NCBI GenBank assembly: GCA_051546255.1
Contig: CP128821.1
Location: 248,001 to 312,000 of the forward strand
From: Meyerozyma guilliermondii
Taxonomy: Eukaryota
Length of the DNA: 64,000 nt
Reading direction: 5' to 3'
The translations under genes and the position numbers were made by a program. The notes under the pieces are model-generated. The model was not told where the DNA came from. It saw only the letters and a list, made by a program, of their open reading frames with translations, and made no database searches. Positions 39,193-50,365 of this stretch are shown here, piece after piece. Position 1 is the first letter of the stretch, and each line of letters opens with the position of its first letter.

Positions 39193-40605
39193 CTAACGCA
39201 AGAAGTCTCTTAAATAACTTCCCAACTTGTTTGCACCCTCTTCCAACGCATCTTTCAAAACCTCCATATCTTGGTTTGTGTTGCCGCTGAATCGTGATGC
39301 AAACTCTCTGGCGGTATTTTCCAAATCGCCAAATCCTCCACTCACACTACGACCACGGCCCATTTCGGCTTGTTGTTCGTCTTCTCCAAAGTACGATGCC
39401 GACGAGATCGATTGAGCACCGCCAAATGCCTGCAACTTGCTTTGTGCTTCTCTCTTGGCGTTCTCATCAAACCGCGGCCCACGACCAAAGAACTCATCCG
39501 AAGAAATTCCTTTTTGAGTTCCATACTTATTGCTGACCTCTCCTGTGTATTTCACCTCCTTGTATTTCTTGCCCGTCTCTGACGCATTGGTGTTGGCACC
39601 CTTACTCATTCCAAATCCTAATTTTTGGAATTGTTGAGTTGTTTCTTTGATGGCAGGTGCTGGTGCACTGGAATTGGAGTCCTTTCTAGACGATAATGAC
39701 AATCCCGATGGTTTGGATTCAGCAGGAACACTCGAAGACTTTAGCGGTTCTGTTGATTCGGTTTCTTCTGGCTTGTATCCCAATCTCTTTGCTTCCTCTG
39801 CCTCTTCTTTCGCCTTCTTTTCGATGGCTTCGAAATCGATATCTTCTTGCTTATTGATCTTACGTGCTGCTAGTCTTGAGTTACGGGGCCCACTACCCTT
39901 GGATGATAAAATAGACTTCTTGGCGTTGCCAGCGGCAGTTCTACTGGCCAAGCGACGAGATGCACTGGCGCTGGTGGTTGGCTTGGAAGGTTCACTGGTG
40001 GGAGTACCAACTCCACTGCCGGTGCTTCCTCCAGAAACGATTGATGAGCTGTCTCCATTGACACCAGGAGTGGCGCTCCTCGATGTGGCAACTGGTTTTG
40101 TCCAGTTGGAAAAGAAATCATCGGTGGAACCGGTGGCACTTGAAGGTTCACTAATGGAGATGGAATCAGAAGCATCTTCCATGGTGACGATGTCTGGGTG
40201 TTTAATTGCATCCAGTTGTGCCTTCTGCTTCAATTTTTCCTTGTATTTCACGGCGGCATTACAAGTGTATTTCGCTGTAGCGTCCACACCGTTGGTTCGA
40301 GACACATACTGTGAAGCACCATTTTTCATAAAAAACTCTTTTGCCGTAGAATTGCCACCAAACTTAAAGTGACGGAGCTGGATTCTCTGCCATGAGTCAA
40401 GATTCAGTGATTTAACAAACGAAACATGAACACCGAGATTACGATGAACGGCAGAACATTCCAAACAAAGCATAATTCCAAAAGGAATCGACGACCATGT
40501 TGGGTTTTTGTTCAGGCAGTCAAAACACACCTGGTTGGCCGGGTTCTGCTTTAGCTTGCCGAAAACCGCCAGAACTTCTTCCTTGGATGCGATAACATCG
40601 GACAT
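39193..40605 (-). CDS. GLO3: ADP-ribosylation factor GAP
   Basis: [22 protein letters not shown] zinc finger, Glo3 motif ([10 protein letters not shown]...[11 protein letters not shown]), C-terminal [10 protein letters not shown]. Confidence 0.95.
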   Translation of the reverse strand: MSDVIASKEEVLAVFGKLKQNPANQVCFDCLNKNPTWSSIPFGIMLCLECSAVHRNLGVHVSFVKSLNLDSWQRIQLRHFKFGGNSTAKEFFMKNGASQYVSRTNGVDATAKYTCNAAVKYKEKLKQKAQLDAIKHPDIVTMEDASDSISISEPSSATGSTDDFFSNWTKPVATSRSATPGVNGDSSSIVSGGSTGSGVGTPTSEPSKPTTSASASRRLASRTAAGNAKKSILSSKGSGPRNSRLAARKINKQEDIDFEAIEKKAKEEAEEAKRLGYKPEETESTEPLKSSSVPAESKPSGLSLSSRKDSNSSAPAPAIKETTQQFQKLGFGMSKGANTNASETGKKYKEVKYTGEVSNKYGTQKGISSDEFFGRGPRFDENAKREAQSKLQAFGGAQSISSASYFGEDEQQAEMGRGRSVSGGFGDLENTAREFASRFSGNTNQDMEVLKDALEEGANKLGSYLRDFLR

Positions 40606-40735
40606 GGTGAACAACGAACGACACGAAATCAAATCCGACGTGAATGAGCACCCGGTGCACCGTTGTGTGCAGGAATTGAAAATCAGCTACAATCAAGTTA
40701 CAGTAGGTGGTGCGAAAGTTGGTTTGCTATATACA

Positions 40736-41998
40736 TCAATGGAAGGGTCTGGAGCCTCCTCTGGCAAATTCCAACACTTTCCAGCCTTCGGTGACGCTGT
40801 TGTCCAATTCTTCGGGTATTCTCGTGAACACCATGGCGTAAGTGCTCAATTGAATGTGGTCTTCAGTTCCGGCTGCAACTTCTCCAGTTTTGGCCTTACG
40901 GAAAAGATGGATTTCCTGGGCACGGCAGCTCACCACCACAACAGGAATCTCATTAGGTTGAAGCATTTTGCAGGTAACAATGTCAACTCCACGAATGTCC
41001 AAAATGCGACCATCGGAGAAGAGTCCTTGTTGGACAAACTGCTTATTATTGGCTTGCCATACATTAAATGGTGCTTCGCTAAGCCATTGCTTGAGGACTT
41101 TATCGTCGTTCTTAATGTATGCGTCCAAGAGCTCAGGAACAATGTAGTTGGTCAAAGTTCTGGTAAAGTCTGTAATGCGGAAGCTGGGATCGATTTGACG
41201 AAGCTGCTTAATAACCTTGGCTTGCTCTGTTTCGGCAAAAAAACCGGTGATTTTCTCCACCACGGTTCTGATGAGTGCAATCAACCCGTTTTCGGATTCT
41301 TCCCATTTTTCTCTGATGTACAAGAATACTTTACCAATTGGAGTTCGTTGCAACTTTTCAAATCTTTCGGAAAATTTGGGTCCACTGGCTTTATGTTCCG
41401 TGGCCACGAGCTCTCCTCCAGCTTCCAAGTTCTCCTTGACTGGTTTCCATCCACCCTGCTTTTGTCTCATCTCCAACTCTCTCTTTCTCAATTTTTCTCT
41501 CTGTTCTTTCGTCAAAAATCCTCCATACGACGTACTGGACCCATCGTCAATCACATCAGACATATCTTTATACACTTGTGTCTTTCTGACAGGCTCGAAT
41601 GCTCGGTCAGCTACATCGGCACTGGTCCGCACGGTTGTACGAACACCTTTACCGACTGGAGAATCCCATGCTTTCACAGCCACTTCTCCAACAGCCTCTG
41701 CTGTCTTTCTTGCAACTTTTCCTGCGGCAGAACTACCCTTTTGGGCCTTGTCGAACGCCTCTTTAGCTTTTTTGAACGCATCGGAATCGGCAACCCGACC
41801 GGTCTCATCTTGAAGTGCCTTGATATTTTGCTGAAGTTCACTTGATTTCTTGACTTCTGACTTGAAAGTGTCAAAAAATACCTTTAATGGCGACTGTGGC
41901 TTGTCATCATATGCTCTGGTCGAACTTTGGAAAGTTCTTATCGCCGGTATTCCCAACCTGATGGGTGCCCTTTGACTGATTCCAACTAATCTCAACAT
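40736..41998 (-). CDS. TIM44: Mitochondrial import motor adaptor Tim44
   Basis: Presequence, SPLKVFFDTF, YGGFLTKEQR, FFAETEQA, DGRILDIRGVDI, FARGGSR. Confidence 0.96.
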   Translation of the reverse strand: MLRLVGISQRAPIRLGIPAIRTFQSSTRAYDDKPQSPLKVFFDTFKSEVKKSSELQQNIKALQDETGRVADSDAFKKAKEAFDKAQKGSSAAGKVARKTAEAVGEVAVKAWDSPVGKGVRTTVRTSADVADRAFEPVRKTQVYKDMSDVIDDGSSTSYGGFLTKEQREKLRKRELEMRQKQGGWKPVKENLEAGGELVATEHKASGPKFSERFEKLQRTPIGKVFLYIREKWEESENGLIALIRTVVEKITGFFAETEQAKVIKQLRQIDPSFRITDFTRTLTNYIVPELLDAYIKNDDKVLKQWLSEAPFNVWQANNKQFVQQGLFSDGRILDIRGVDIVTCKMLQPNEIPVVVVSCRAQEIHLFRKAKTGEVAAGTEDHIQLSTYAMVFTRIPEELDNSVTEGWKVLEFARGGSRPFH

Positions 41999-42220
41999 GG
42001 TAAACCAGAAGACAGGGACCTTTTAAATATTTCACGTTGTTGGTAACCTATACGTCTCTCTAGCAAAAGAGATTCGTGGACTTTGGGCTGCGGCGTAACT
42101 TTTGTGTAGCCAAATTCGCCGCTCGTTCTTAGAAAAAGTGTTGAAATTTTTCATGGCCGTGAAACCTCCTGGTGCACGGGTGTCATATTATGAAGACCAT
42201 ATTTGATTCTATTGATGCAA

Positions 42221-43570
42221 TTATTTGTTTTTCCACCAATGAAGGGCTTTGGCGGCAGCTAGAATTGCTCCAGTGTAAAACCCAACCTCAATTCCTTTGA
42301 GTACACGACTTTGCCGTTTCTCTCTGGCAACAGCATCGGAGTAGTTGATATCTCCTCTGAACGATATCATGGTGTAAAGAGGTATCCACCAGGTTCCGTG
42401 GGCCAATTTTCCAAGTATTCCATCTATTTTCTTTCGTAAAAGATACTTTTTCGATACCACTTTCGAAGACATCTCATAGTAGTTGTCAAGTGCAAGCTTG
42501 CAAATTGTACGTAAGTCGTCTCTTCGGGATGGTGAGTACAACTTGAAAGCATCCGCACCATGTTTATCGACAAGTTCCATCAAGACTCGTACATCCTCGA
42601 ATCCACAGTTCATTCCTTGGCCGTAGAATGGGACCATCAGATGGGCAGCATCACCTATCAAAATGGCTCTTCCTGAAGGATCGTGGTAGGGATAAACTTC
42701 AACTTGCATCAACGAGCCCCGGGGATGATGGTGGAACGCATGCTTGAGACTGTCTTCGCCTATCAAGTCGTAAGCGTCGGGAAAATTGGACTTGAAAAAT
42801 TGCAAAAATTCTGACTCATTCTTGAGTTGTTCCATAACCGACCAAGGACTGAAAAACGTCACCGTGAACGAGCCATTCTCGTTCGGCAATGCAATCAACA
42901 TAAAGTTTTTGCGGGGCCAAATGTGCAAATGATGAGCATCAATGGAGAACGGTGACTCCTGATCTTTCGAAGGAGGGATAGAAAGCTCCAAATATTGCAT
43001 ATCGATATAGTCCTGGCTGATGTTCATTCTCATGGATTTTTGCATCTGGTACCTGAATTGAGAATGAGCTCCGTCCGCTCCCACCAAATAGTCAAAGTCA
43101 AACGTTGCCCTTTTGTTCTCATCTGTTGAAAAAACTACCGTAGGAGAAGAGCCTTTCAAACCAGCTACCTCAATTAGCCTGTGTTTGTAATAGACCTTTA
43201 TCAGTGACTTGTCTATTTCGTCCAAAAGACATTTGTTCAAAAATGACCGGTCTATGGAGTTGATTCCTTCGCCAAAAAGTCCATATTTTTGCGATTGTTG
43301 TTTCGTTCCAGTCGTATCATGGATCATCCTTCCATACATGGGGATCACATGCTTCAATACACGCTCGGCCATATCGTTATCAACATACTTTAGGGCCCTG
43401 ATTCCTCGATCACTAACTGCCAAATTAATTGACCGAAGATTACCTGGATCTACTTTTCGAGGATCGTCTCTAAGCTCAAATAAGCTCACCTCGAAGCCCT
43501 TCTCGGCAAATGCAAGAGCAGCAAGACATCCTACAAGCCCAGCTCCAATTATACCTACGGTTTGTGTCAT
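42221..43570 (-). CDS. BNA4: Kynurenine 3-monooxygenase
   Basis: [53 protein letters not shown] at 43570. Confidence 0.95.
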   Translation of the reverse strand: MTQTVGIIGAGLVGCLAALAFAEKGFEVSLFELRDDPRKVDPGNLRSINLAVSDRGIRALKYVDNDMAERVLKHVIPMYGRMIHDTTGTKQQSQKYGLFGEGINSIDRSFLNKCLLDEIDKSLIKVYYKHRLIEVAGLKGSSPTVVFSTDENKRATFDFDYLVGADGAHSQFRYQMQKSMRMNISQDYIDMQYLELSIPPSKDQESPFSIDAHHLHIWPRKNFMLIALPNENGSFTVTFFSPWSVMEQLKNESEFLQFFKSNFPDAYDLIGEDSLKHAFHHHPRGSLMQVEVYPYHDPSGRAILIGDAAHLMVPFYGQGMNCGFEDVRVLMELVDKHGADAFKLYSPSRRDDLRTICKLALDNYYEMSSKVVSKKYLLRKKIDGILGKLAHGTWWIPLYTMISFRGDINYSDAVAREKRQSRVLKGIEVGFYTGAILAAAKALHWWKNK

Positions 43571-43661
43571 GATGATGTTGATTAGTGGTACGATATCGCA
43601 GATGGTGCGAAGTCGCCAATGTGCAGTCGTAGAGACGATAAAGAGGTTGCAACAAGTTGCC

Positions 43662-45239
43662 TCAGGTGGTATACTTTGCAAGTTTTGCTGCCTTTTCGTC
43701 AACTTTCTTCTTCAATTTTTCAATACTCTTCTCTAGTTCACTGTTGCGCTGCGAAAATTCTCGATTGGCTTTGATTGTATTCTTCAAGTTCTCCTTCATG
43801 GTGAGATTTTCGTACTTTTGTTCCAATTCAAGTTTGAGCTGTGCAAGTTGCGAGTTCTTGGAAGTAACCTCGTTCAACTGATTGTCATGGTCGTCACTTT
43901 GGCTAAGAATTTCGGTATGGGTGGTTCTCAAGTTTTCAAGTTGTTGATTCAATTCTTGTATCTTTATGATTAAATCGTCGTTGTTTTCCTTGAGGTTTGT
44001 CAACTCCAAGTTATTTGCATTGAGCGAGTTTGCATGGAGAAGGTAGTAATCATTTTCATATTTGATAATCGTGGGCTCAATTATGAGGATAGCTTCAAAT
44101 GCCAGACTTTCAGCTAATGCACTGAAAAATTCTGGAGAATATATGTATGTTTGAAGGTCGTCTCCATTAAGCAGACAAATCTTGTTGCTGTTGATAGTGA
44201 AAACAAATGCAAACAAACGGTGCATGAAATCAAAGCCTTCGAACACCACAAAGTCTAATACCCTAAACAATACCGTTTGCGAGGGTAACTTGTCAGCAAA
44301 GAAACTGAATAACACTCGCTTGAAAAATGTTGTGAGATTTATGCCTTGTTTCGTGATATGCAAGAAAACTTCAGGTACAATGTCCTCCAAAGTTCGATTA
44401 GCTTTGTAGAAAAATTCCTCTTTGAGGAGGTTGATGAACAATTTGTTCAATTTCAACAAGAGGTAAAATGTGTCTTCGTTAGTGAGATTGGGCATGGTTG
44501 CAATCAATTGGCTGACATGGATTATGAAGTTGTTGGGAGGTAAGTTGCTAAAGCTCTCGTTGGAGCTCGCCACCGAGTCATTGTTCATTGCATCGAATCT
44601 GGCGCCTTTTGCTGATATGACTTCGTTGGTGTAATAGTTGAACACTTTCAATACTTCTGTGAGATTGGTGTCGACTTGAAGACTGTCAATATAAGCATCT
44701 CTGGACGAATTCGAATTGATAGCCCTACGAAGGAGATTGTTGTAGCTCTCCTTGTGTAACTTTATGCGGATCTGAAGTATTTTGAAGTAAACCAATGGTC
44801 TCAACTTGTCTTCAATACCAGAAATAAGGTGCTTTTCAATAACCCCCACTTCCTTATCTTCGTTCTCATGACTTATCTCTGCCTTGTCTCCTACTGGTCT
44901 CCAAACTGGGTCTAGCAACAATTCCTTCCAGAAGCTGTCACCTTCCGAAGCTTCCACCGATGCCGAGCCGATATCATCCAACCACAATTGAAGCTTATTC
45001 TGTAAGTCTGCGACACCAAATAAGTCTGAAGTTTCGTTTAGTATCGGAGTCAAGTATAACGAGTGCTGTCTGATCATGGATATAGTTGAAAGATTATCTT
45101 CCAAACTATAGGTTAGAATATTGGTATCGACCCCAGTGTGATGGTTTCTTTCAGGTAAAGGAGGAGGTGCTAAAGAAGAGGGTGCACTTTCATTTTCAGT
45201 CTGTCCGTTCAGGACACTTGGAGCATCCTTCTCAGACAT
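43662..45239 (-). CDS. Degenerate Rab-GAP TBC-like protein with C-terminal coiled coil (Gyp5/Gyl1-like)
   Basis: [40 protein letters not shown], long coiled coil. Confidence 0.65.
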   Translation of the reverse strand: MSEKDAPSVLNGQTENESAPSSLAPPPLPERNHHTGVDTNILTYSLEDNLSTISMIRQHSLYLTPILNETSDLFGVADLQNKLQLWLDDIGSASVEASEGDSFWKELLLDPVWRPVGDKAEISHENEDKEVGVIEKHLISGIEDKLRPLVYFKILQIRIKLHKESYNNLLRRAINSNSSRDAYIDSLQVDTNLTEVLKVFNYYTNEVISAKGARFDAMNNDSVASSNESFSNLPPNNFIIHVSQLIATMPNLTNEDTFYLLLKLNKLFINLLKEEFFYKANRTLEDIVPEVFLHITKQGINLTTFFKRVLFSFFADKLPSQTVLFRVLDFVVFEGFDFMHRLFAFVFTINSNKICLLNGDDLQTYIYSPEFFSALAESLAFEAILIIEPTIIKYENDYYLLHANSLNANNLELTNLKENNDDLIIKIQELNQQLENLRTTHTEILSQSDDHDNQLNEVTSKNSQLAQLKLELEQKYENLTMKENLKNTIKANREFSQRNSELEKSIEKLKKKVDEKAAKLAKYTT

Positions 45240-45425
45240 TATGGGTAACTCTGGGCTTGTAATTTGTGAGTTGTAATGTCTTGGTAGAAATGTAAATGTT
45301 GACAATCTGTGATTCCGCGACCACACTTGGTCCACCTGCCGGAATTTGTATGAGACATTTTTGTGGGGCTGCGAAAAAGTGAACTTAATCTATTATGGGC
45401 CTGCAATTGGCCATGCAACTATAAA

Positions 45426-47762
45426 CTATGAGTTGAGTCTTCTTCGCTTGGTTGCGTTTCTGCTTTTGTCCCCGTAGGTTTTGCTTGGTGTAGAAGAATC
45501 TGCCTGAAACAGAACCTCGCTAAGCAGGTCGTCAGAACTGCCTTTGATGCTCAAATCATGAACACTTCGGTTCAATTTGTCGTCGTTTTCATCTCGTATA
45601 ACAAAAGACTCGTCCTTGGGACGCCTTTGCTCCAGCTTTTGACTGAGTTGTGTTTGCCAATGCGATAATACATCTTTAGTATTCTTCTCTGATTGACGGT
45701 CGAAAGAAGAAATGCTGGTAGCCAATCTCTGTAACTTCTCCAAATCTTGGGTTGATACCTTTTCTTGTGCGTCTGGAAATAACTTGTTGATCATCTCGTA
45801 TATCAGTGGTACTATCAACAACCCTGCAAAGATCTCTCGTATTTGATAGTTGATGAAAGGATTTTTGATCTGTCTTGGATCCAAAGTGGTTGATTCAGGA
45901 CTTTCGTTCTCAGGCTTCTGTCCGAAAGATTTCATGATATCCGAGATTGTCTTTTCTTTAGATGAATACAAGTTGGGTTTTGTCGATCCACTTTCTTTTG
46001 GCTCTATTGGGTTGGTTTTTGTTTCTTTCTCTGTCTCTTTTGAACTTGCTTCCTGAGATGTACTTCGCAGCAGCTCTTCAATTACTTCTATTTCGTCATC
46101 TGATTCGTGAGTTCCCTGATCCACATGGACTTGTTCTTCGTGTAATTTCAATAGTAAATCGATCAATTCACGGCGCATTTTATTTCTCTCTTCTGCCACA
46201 AAGTAACTGCGGTAAGCTGCCCGCTGGTAATTGCGCCAAACCTTCTCGATTTCCGTGCTGTGACCAAGCCACTTTCTAATGTTGTATATGACGTGAATTC
46301 CGCAATCATTAAAGTTGTTCTGACGAGGAACTCTGGCATGTTGGATTCTGATTTCATCTTTTCGAATAGCTATATTATGCTTATCCATGCAGTAATCAAT
46401 GATGAACAGTTTGAGTGGGATGTGGATGTTATTATGACGCTGGCTGAGGGAATCGAAAATGAAGACTTCCGCTCGTTTGCGACCCTGTGGATTGGGTACT
46501 TCAAGGATATCTTGAGAATTGGGTGAGGAGGGAGTCTCAGTGACTTCGGTGGTTTCAGTGACTTCGGTTTCAGCGACTTCGGTTTCTGCTTCGTTTGTCA
46601 AGTCGATCTCGTTCTTCTTTCGTTCCAACAATTCGGGAAGACCACGAATGATGCATCCATACCAATGAAGATTCTCATTGATTGGTATTAAAATATATGG
46701 GAACAGCATAAGATCAATTTTGTTAAGCCACCTTTTCACATTGGCGTAATACTCCTCGCTTGAGATTAGTTTTGTGAAGAAGAATGAATTGAATGCATAG
46801 ATCTCGTTGACCTTAAACTTGTTGAGCTTGTGGACTGCTTTGTCAATGTCATACTTTATGAAAAAGTCAATCACTGTATCATTTATCCAGTCGTTATTGT
46901 AGAGAGTTTTGAAATCATTTTGGGTCACTGTGAACACCTTGTTATCGTGAAACTTGTAACTGAGTGGAGGGCTAAATTTGGCGGGAGTTTCTGTTTCTTC
47001 AATTGGTTCCAGGACATACATCTTGTTGCCAGAAGGCGGACGTCTTTCTCGAGTAGATCTTCTCAACGGTATACCATACGCTGACAGTGGAGCTACAGGA
47101 GAGAATTCCGTGTTCCTGGAGACGTTTTCAGTTTCTGAAGTTTCATTGGATCCGTTGGCTCGCTTTCGCTGTGAATCCAATTGTGCCATTGTATCGATTA
47201 GGTGTTCGTCGGCGATCCGGCCTTTAAATTTCCACAAGGCAGTGCCGCTGAAATAATCATGCAAGTAAGTGTCGTTATTCAGATGCTTTATGAAGATATA
47301 ACTCGACTCGTGGATCTCGATCAAGATGCTTTTATGAGAATTTCCAAACGTTATAGCTTTGATTCCATGTCTGCTGAACACTGTACTGTCGACTATACTG
47401 TCATTATGGGTTACAAACACCTTGGAATTGTCAGAAGAGACACGAAACAGTAGCGCTTCATCATCTTTCAATGATTTACCGTCGTGATAAACTGCTTTAA
47501 TTTTGATTTTTATGGCATATTCCTCCGGATTAATCGTTCTCTCGTACTGATTTGTACGTTTCAAGTCATGCTGCTTCAATGGATGGTCTATAATCTTGTG
47601 GGTTTCACTTTGAGTGGCATTTTTTGTGGATTTGTTGTCGTCTCGTTTGCGTTCAAGAACCTCTATATCTGAAGAAACCAATGAATCTACGGGCCTCACA
47701 GCACGACCCACTCGCCTGCGGTCCAAAGACGGAAAGTTTTTGCTGAACGGTGCTTTTCGCAT
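45426..47762 (-). CDS. ULP2: SUMO isopeptidase, C48 family
   Basis: DFKTLYNNDWINDTVIDFF, FNSFFFTKL, PINENLHW, IFDSL, VPRQNNFNDCGIHV (His/Asp/Cys triad). Confidence 0.9.
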   Translation of the reverse strand: MRKAPFSKNFPSLDRRRVGRAVRPVDSLVSSDIEVLERKRDDNKSTKNATQSETHKIIDHPLKQHDLKRTNQYERTINPEEYAIKIKIKAVYHDGKSLKDDEALLFRVSSDNSKVFVTHNDSIVDSTVFSRHGIKAITFGNSHKSILIEIHESSYIFIKHLNNDTYLHDYFSGTALWKFKGRIADEHLIDTMAQLDSQRKRANGSNETSETENVSRNTEFSPVAPLSAYGIPLRRSTRERRPPSGNKMYVLEPIEETETPAKFSPPLSYKFHDNKVFTVTQNDFKTLYNNDWINDTVIDFFIKYDIDKAVHKLNKFKVNEIYAFNSFFFTKLISSEEYYANVKRWLNKIDLMLFPYILIPINENLHWYGCIIRGLPELLERKKNEIDLTNEAETEVAETEVTETTEVTETPSSPNSQDILEVPNPQGRKRAEVFIFDSLSQRHNNIHIPLKLFIIDYCMDKHNIAIRKDEIRIQHARVPRQNNFNDCGIHVIYNIRKWLGHSTEIEKVWRNYQRAAYRSYFVAEERNKMRRELIDLLLKLHEEQVHVDQGTHESDDEIEVIEELLRSTSQEASSKETEKETKTNPIEPKESGSTKPNLYSSKEKTISDIMKSFGQKPENESPESTTLDPRQIKNPFINYQIREIFAGLLIVPLIYEMINKLFPDAQEKVSTQDLEKLQRLATSISSFDRQSEKNTKDVLSHWQTQLSQKLEQRRPKDESFVIRDENDDKLNRSVHDLSIKGSSDDLLSEVLFQADSSTPSKTYGDKSRNATKRRRLNS
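46534..46593. repeat. Coding minisatellite, ~15-nt unit (GACTTCGGTTTCAG[CT])
   Basis: About 3-4 imperfect copies encoding EAETEVAETEVTETTEVTET within the ULP2 catalytic-domain insertion. Confidence 0.6.
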
Positions 47763-48038
47763 CTACCAGAGAGTATATGGTCCGTTATACGTGATCCATG
47801 AATCTCAATTCGCGATGAGAGAAAGATAAAGAGGATAAAGAGATACGAAATGAAAAATTATAAAATGAGGAAGTTGGGAGGATGAGAAGAATTGCGTGCT
47901 CTAGCATTGAGAAGTGAACGGAGGTACACAAACATAGTTTTGGTAGTCACTACCCAGTGGTCTTCTGAGGTGTACTGTATAACTTCCTGCACATTAGCCT
48001 CCCAACCACCATTCGCAAATTACTCAATCTACAACTTT

Positions 48039-48704
48039 ATGCTTCGGTTTATCACCAGAACCACCACGCCGCTATTGGCATTTGGGTTGGGTTTTGCGGC
48101 GTTCCCGTACCGCAAGAGTGTCCGTGATACGAAATTACAGCATATTAATGAGGATATTGCCCAGAAAATCTTGTCTAGTAATCAGGCTCAGGAGTTGATA
48201 AACGACCCAGAATGGGAACAAGTGATTTCTAGCAACACGTTCCCACATCAACACAAGAAGAATTACGTTAGTCGTGGGCTTCTAATGGGCCCAAATCTTT
48301 TCGAAATTGATCCAATCATTTACATGAATCCCACTAAAGGTGAATTTGTGGGGTTTTACCATTTGGGGTCAAAGCTAGTTAGTCAAGATGGTCGCGTCCA
48401 TAATGGTGTGGTGGCGACGCTTTTAGACGAGGGGTTATGTGCATGTGGGTTTCCTCGACTCCCCTCCACAAAAGGCGTGACTGCACAATTGGCCCTTAAT
48501 TTCGAAAACGAAGCCGATCCTGAAACCACCGTGGTGTTGCGGGCGAAAATAATCGAGGCGCGCGGCCGCAAAGTGGTGAGTGGTGGAACCCTCGAGTCGT
48601 TTGATCCCGAAGGCAAAACGCAACCTCACGTCATTGCCAGTGGGAAAGTTGTTTTGGTTGAGCCTAATTGGTTCAAGTACTTTCGATGGGTACAGCCAGT
48701 ATGA
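48039..48704 (+). CDS. Hot-dog thioesterase family protein, probably mitochondrial (Fmp10-like)
   Basis: HNGVVATLLDE, GVTAQLALNF, GRKV, LVEPNWFK; presequence-like N-terminus from ATG 48039. Confidence 0.75.
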   Translation: MLRFITRTTTPLLAFGLGFAAFPYRKSVRDTKLQHINEDIAQKILSSNQAQELINDPEWEQVISSNTFPHQHKKNYVSRGLLMGPNLFEIDPIIYMNPTKGEFVGFYHLGSKLVSQDGRVHNGVVATLLDEGLCACGFPRLPSTKGVTAQLALNFENEADPETTVVLRAKIIEARGRKVVSGGTLESFDPEGKTQPHVIASGKVVLVEPNWFKYFRWVQPV

Positions 48705-48938
48705 CGAAAGTAGCAACTCAACGGAACACCGATTTCACTGTGGTGGAATGCACATGTAACTGCGCCCAGTGCACCGCTAGTTAGGCCCCGCCATGGGTGC
48801 GGCGGGTGCGGCGAGCGTTCCATCGTTGCTACCACAAGGCATGACAGTAGTAGCAAACATTGCTAAGTTGAGGCTGTATTTAGGGTTATAAAAGGGCATT
48901 GGTCTGGCCTCACCAATCATCAACTCAATTAATCAACA

Positions 48939-49136
48939 ATGTCAGACTTAGGAAGACAAAGTGTTACCGACAAAGCCGCCGCTGCTGTGAAGCCAGACTC
49001 TGAGAAATCTACCCCAGAGCACCTCAAGGACAAGATTGTCGGAAAGACCGACAATGCTGCTGGTCACGGAACTTCTGACAACGACAAGTCGTTTGTTCAA
49101 TCCGCCTCCGATGCTATCTTCGGTGAGAAGAAGTAA
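48939..49136 (+). CDS. WH11: Hsp12-family small protein, Wh11 type (65 aa)
   Basis: MSDLGR..DK..PDSEKSTPE..KDK..NDKSFVQSASDAIFG; TATAAAA at 48887-48893. Confidence 0.82.
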   Translation: MSDLGRQSVTDKAAAAVKPDSEKSTPEHLKDKIVGKTDNAAGHGTSDNDKSFVQSASDAIFGEKK

Positions 49137-49389
49137 GTAGTCTATACAGCTTAAAATAAAAGTAGCTTAAAAAAGATTTGTAGAAAAAGAGGGTCATTTT
49201 GATCAATTCGATCAATGATATTGTGCAAACGTTCAGATGGAGACTTGGTCCAGGAAAGTGGAGGACGCGCGTGGTAACGTGGGGCACCGTGGAATTAGAC
49301 CACAGTGGTGGACCACATTGAGATAGAGGTCCGATCTTCGCACGTGACCAACGCGGTTGATTCATTCGCGTATCGTTCTTCACCTCATC

Positions 49390-50298
49390 ATGACCCATTC
49401 TAATACCGCCGAACAAGCATACTTGGACTTGTGCAGCCACATCATAACTCACGGTGAACACCGTCCGGACCGTACAGGCACCGGAACAAAGTCGGTTTTT
49501 GCTCCTCCGCAACTCAGATTCGATTTATCTAATGACTCGTTTCCTCTATTAACCACCAAAAAAGTGTTCAGTAAAGCAATTATTCACGAACTTTTGTGGT
49601 TTGTTGCTGGCGATACCGACGCCAACCACCTCTCGGAAAAGGGTGTGAAGATATGGGAGGGAAATGGGTCGCGTGAGTACTTGGACAAGTTGGGTTTGAC
49701 CGACCGTCGCGTTGGTGATTTGGGTCCGGTTTATGGGTTCCAATGGCGTCATTTTGGGGCTCAATATAAGACTTGTGACGACAATTATAGTGGTCAGGGC
49801 TTTGACCAGTTGCAGGATGTTATCAAAAAGTTAAAGACAAACCCATACGATAGACGAATCATCATGTCTGCATGGAACCCTCCAGATTTTGCTCAAATGG
49901 CTCTTCCTCCATGCCATGTATTTTGTCAGTTCTACGTGAGCTTCCCAGACGCTGGCCGTCCCAAGTTGTCGTGCTTGTTGTATCAACGTTCTTGTGATAT
50001 GGGTTTGGGTGTGCCTTTCAATATTGCATCGTACGCACTTCTCACCAAGATGATCGCACACATTGTAGATATGGATTGTGGTGAGTTCATCCATACAATG
50101 GGCGATGCTCATGTGTATAACGACCACATTGACGCGCTCAAAGAACAGCTTCAAAGAACTCCACGCGAGTTTCCTAAATTGTACATTAAGGAAGAGAGGA
50201 AACATCAGATCACTTCAATTGACGACTTTACGTTTTCAGACTTTGAGATAGTTGACTACGACCCATATGGACCCATCAAAATGAAGATGAGCGTATAA
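49390..50298 (+). CDS. CDC21: Thymidylate synthase
   Basis: [53 protein letters not shown]; upstream ACGCG/CGCGT MCB-like sites at 49265, 49351, 49367. Confidence 0.98.
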   Translation: MTHSNTAEQAYLDLCSHIITHGEHRPDRTGTGTKSVFAPPQLRFDLSNDSFPLLTTKKVFSKAIIHELLWFVAGDTDANHLSEKGVKIWEGNGSREYLDKLGLTDRRVGDLGPVYGFQWRHFGAQYKTCDDNYSGQGFDQLQDVIKKLKTNPYDRRIIMSAWNPPDFAQMALPPCHVFCQFYVSFPDAGRPKLSCLLYQRSCDMGLGVPFNIASYALLTKMIAHIVDMDCGEFIHTMGDAHVYNDHIDALKEQLQRTPREFPKLYIKEERKHQITSIDDFTFSDFEIVDYDPYGPIKMKMSV

Positions 50299-50365
50299 TA
50301 TACATTTCAGTCATTAATCTAGCTATTGCTTATACATCGATACTACGTTGTTGGTATCAGTAAAA

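Noticed and set aside
39647..40372. 241-aa plus-strand ORF
   Set aside because: Antisense to GLO3, low complexity.
40508..41845. 445-aa plus-strand ORF
   Set aside because: Lies almost wholly antisense to TIM44, starts at TTG and has no recognisable motifs; treated as an antisense shadow ORF.
43571..43702. Apparent overlap of BNA4 with the TBC-like gene
   Set aside because: Artefact of a TTG start; the FAD-binding motif follows ATG 43570 directly.
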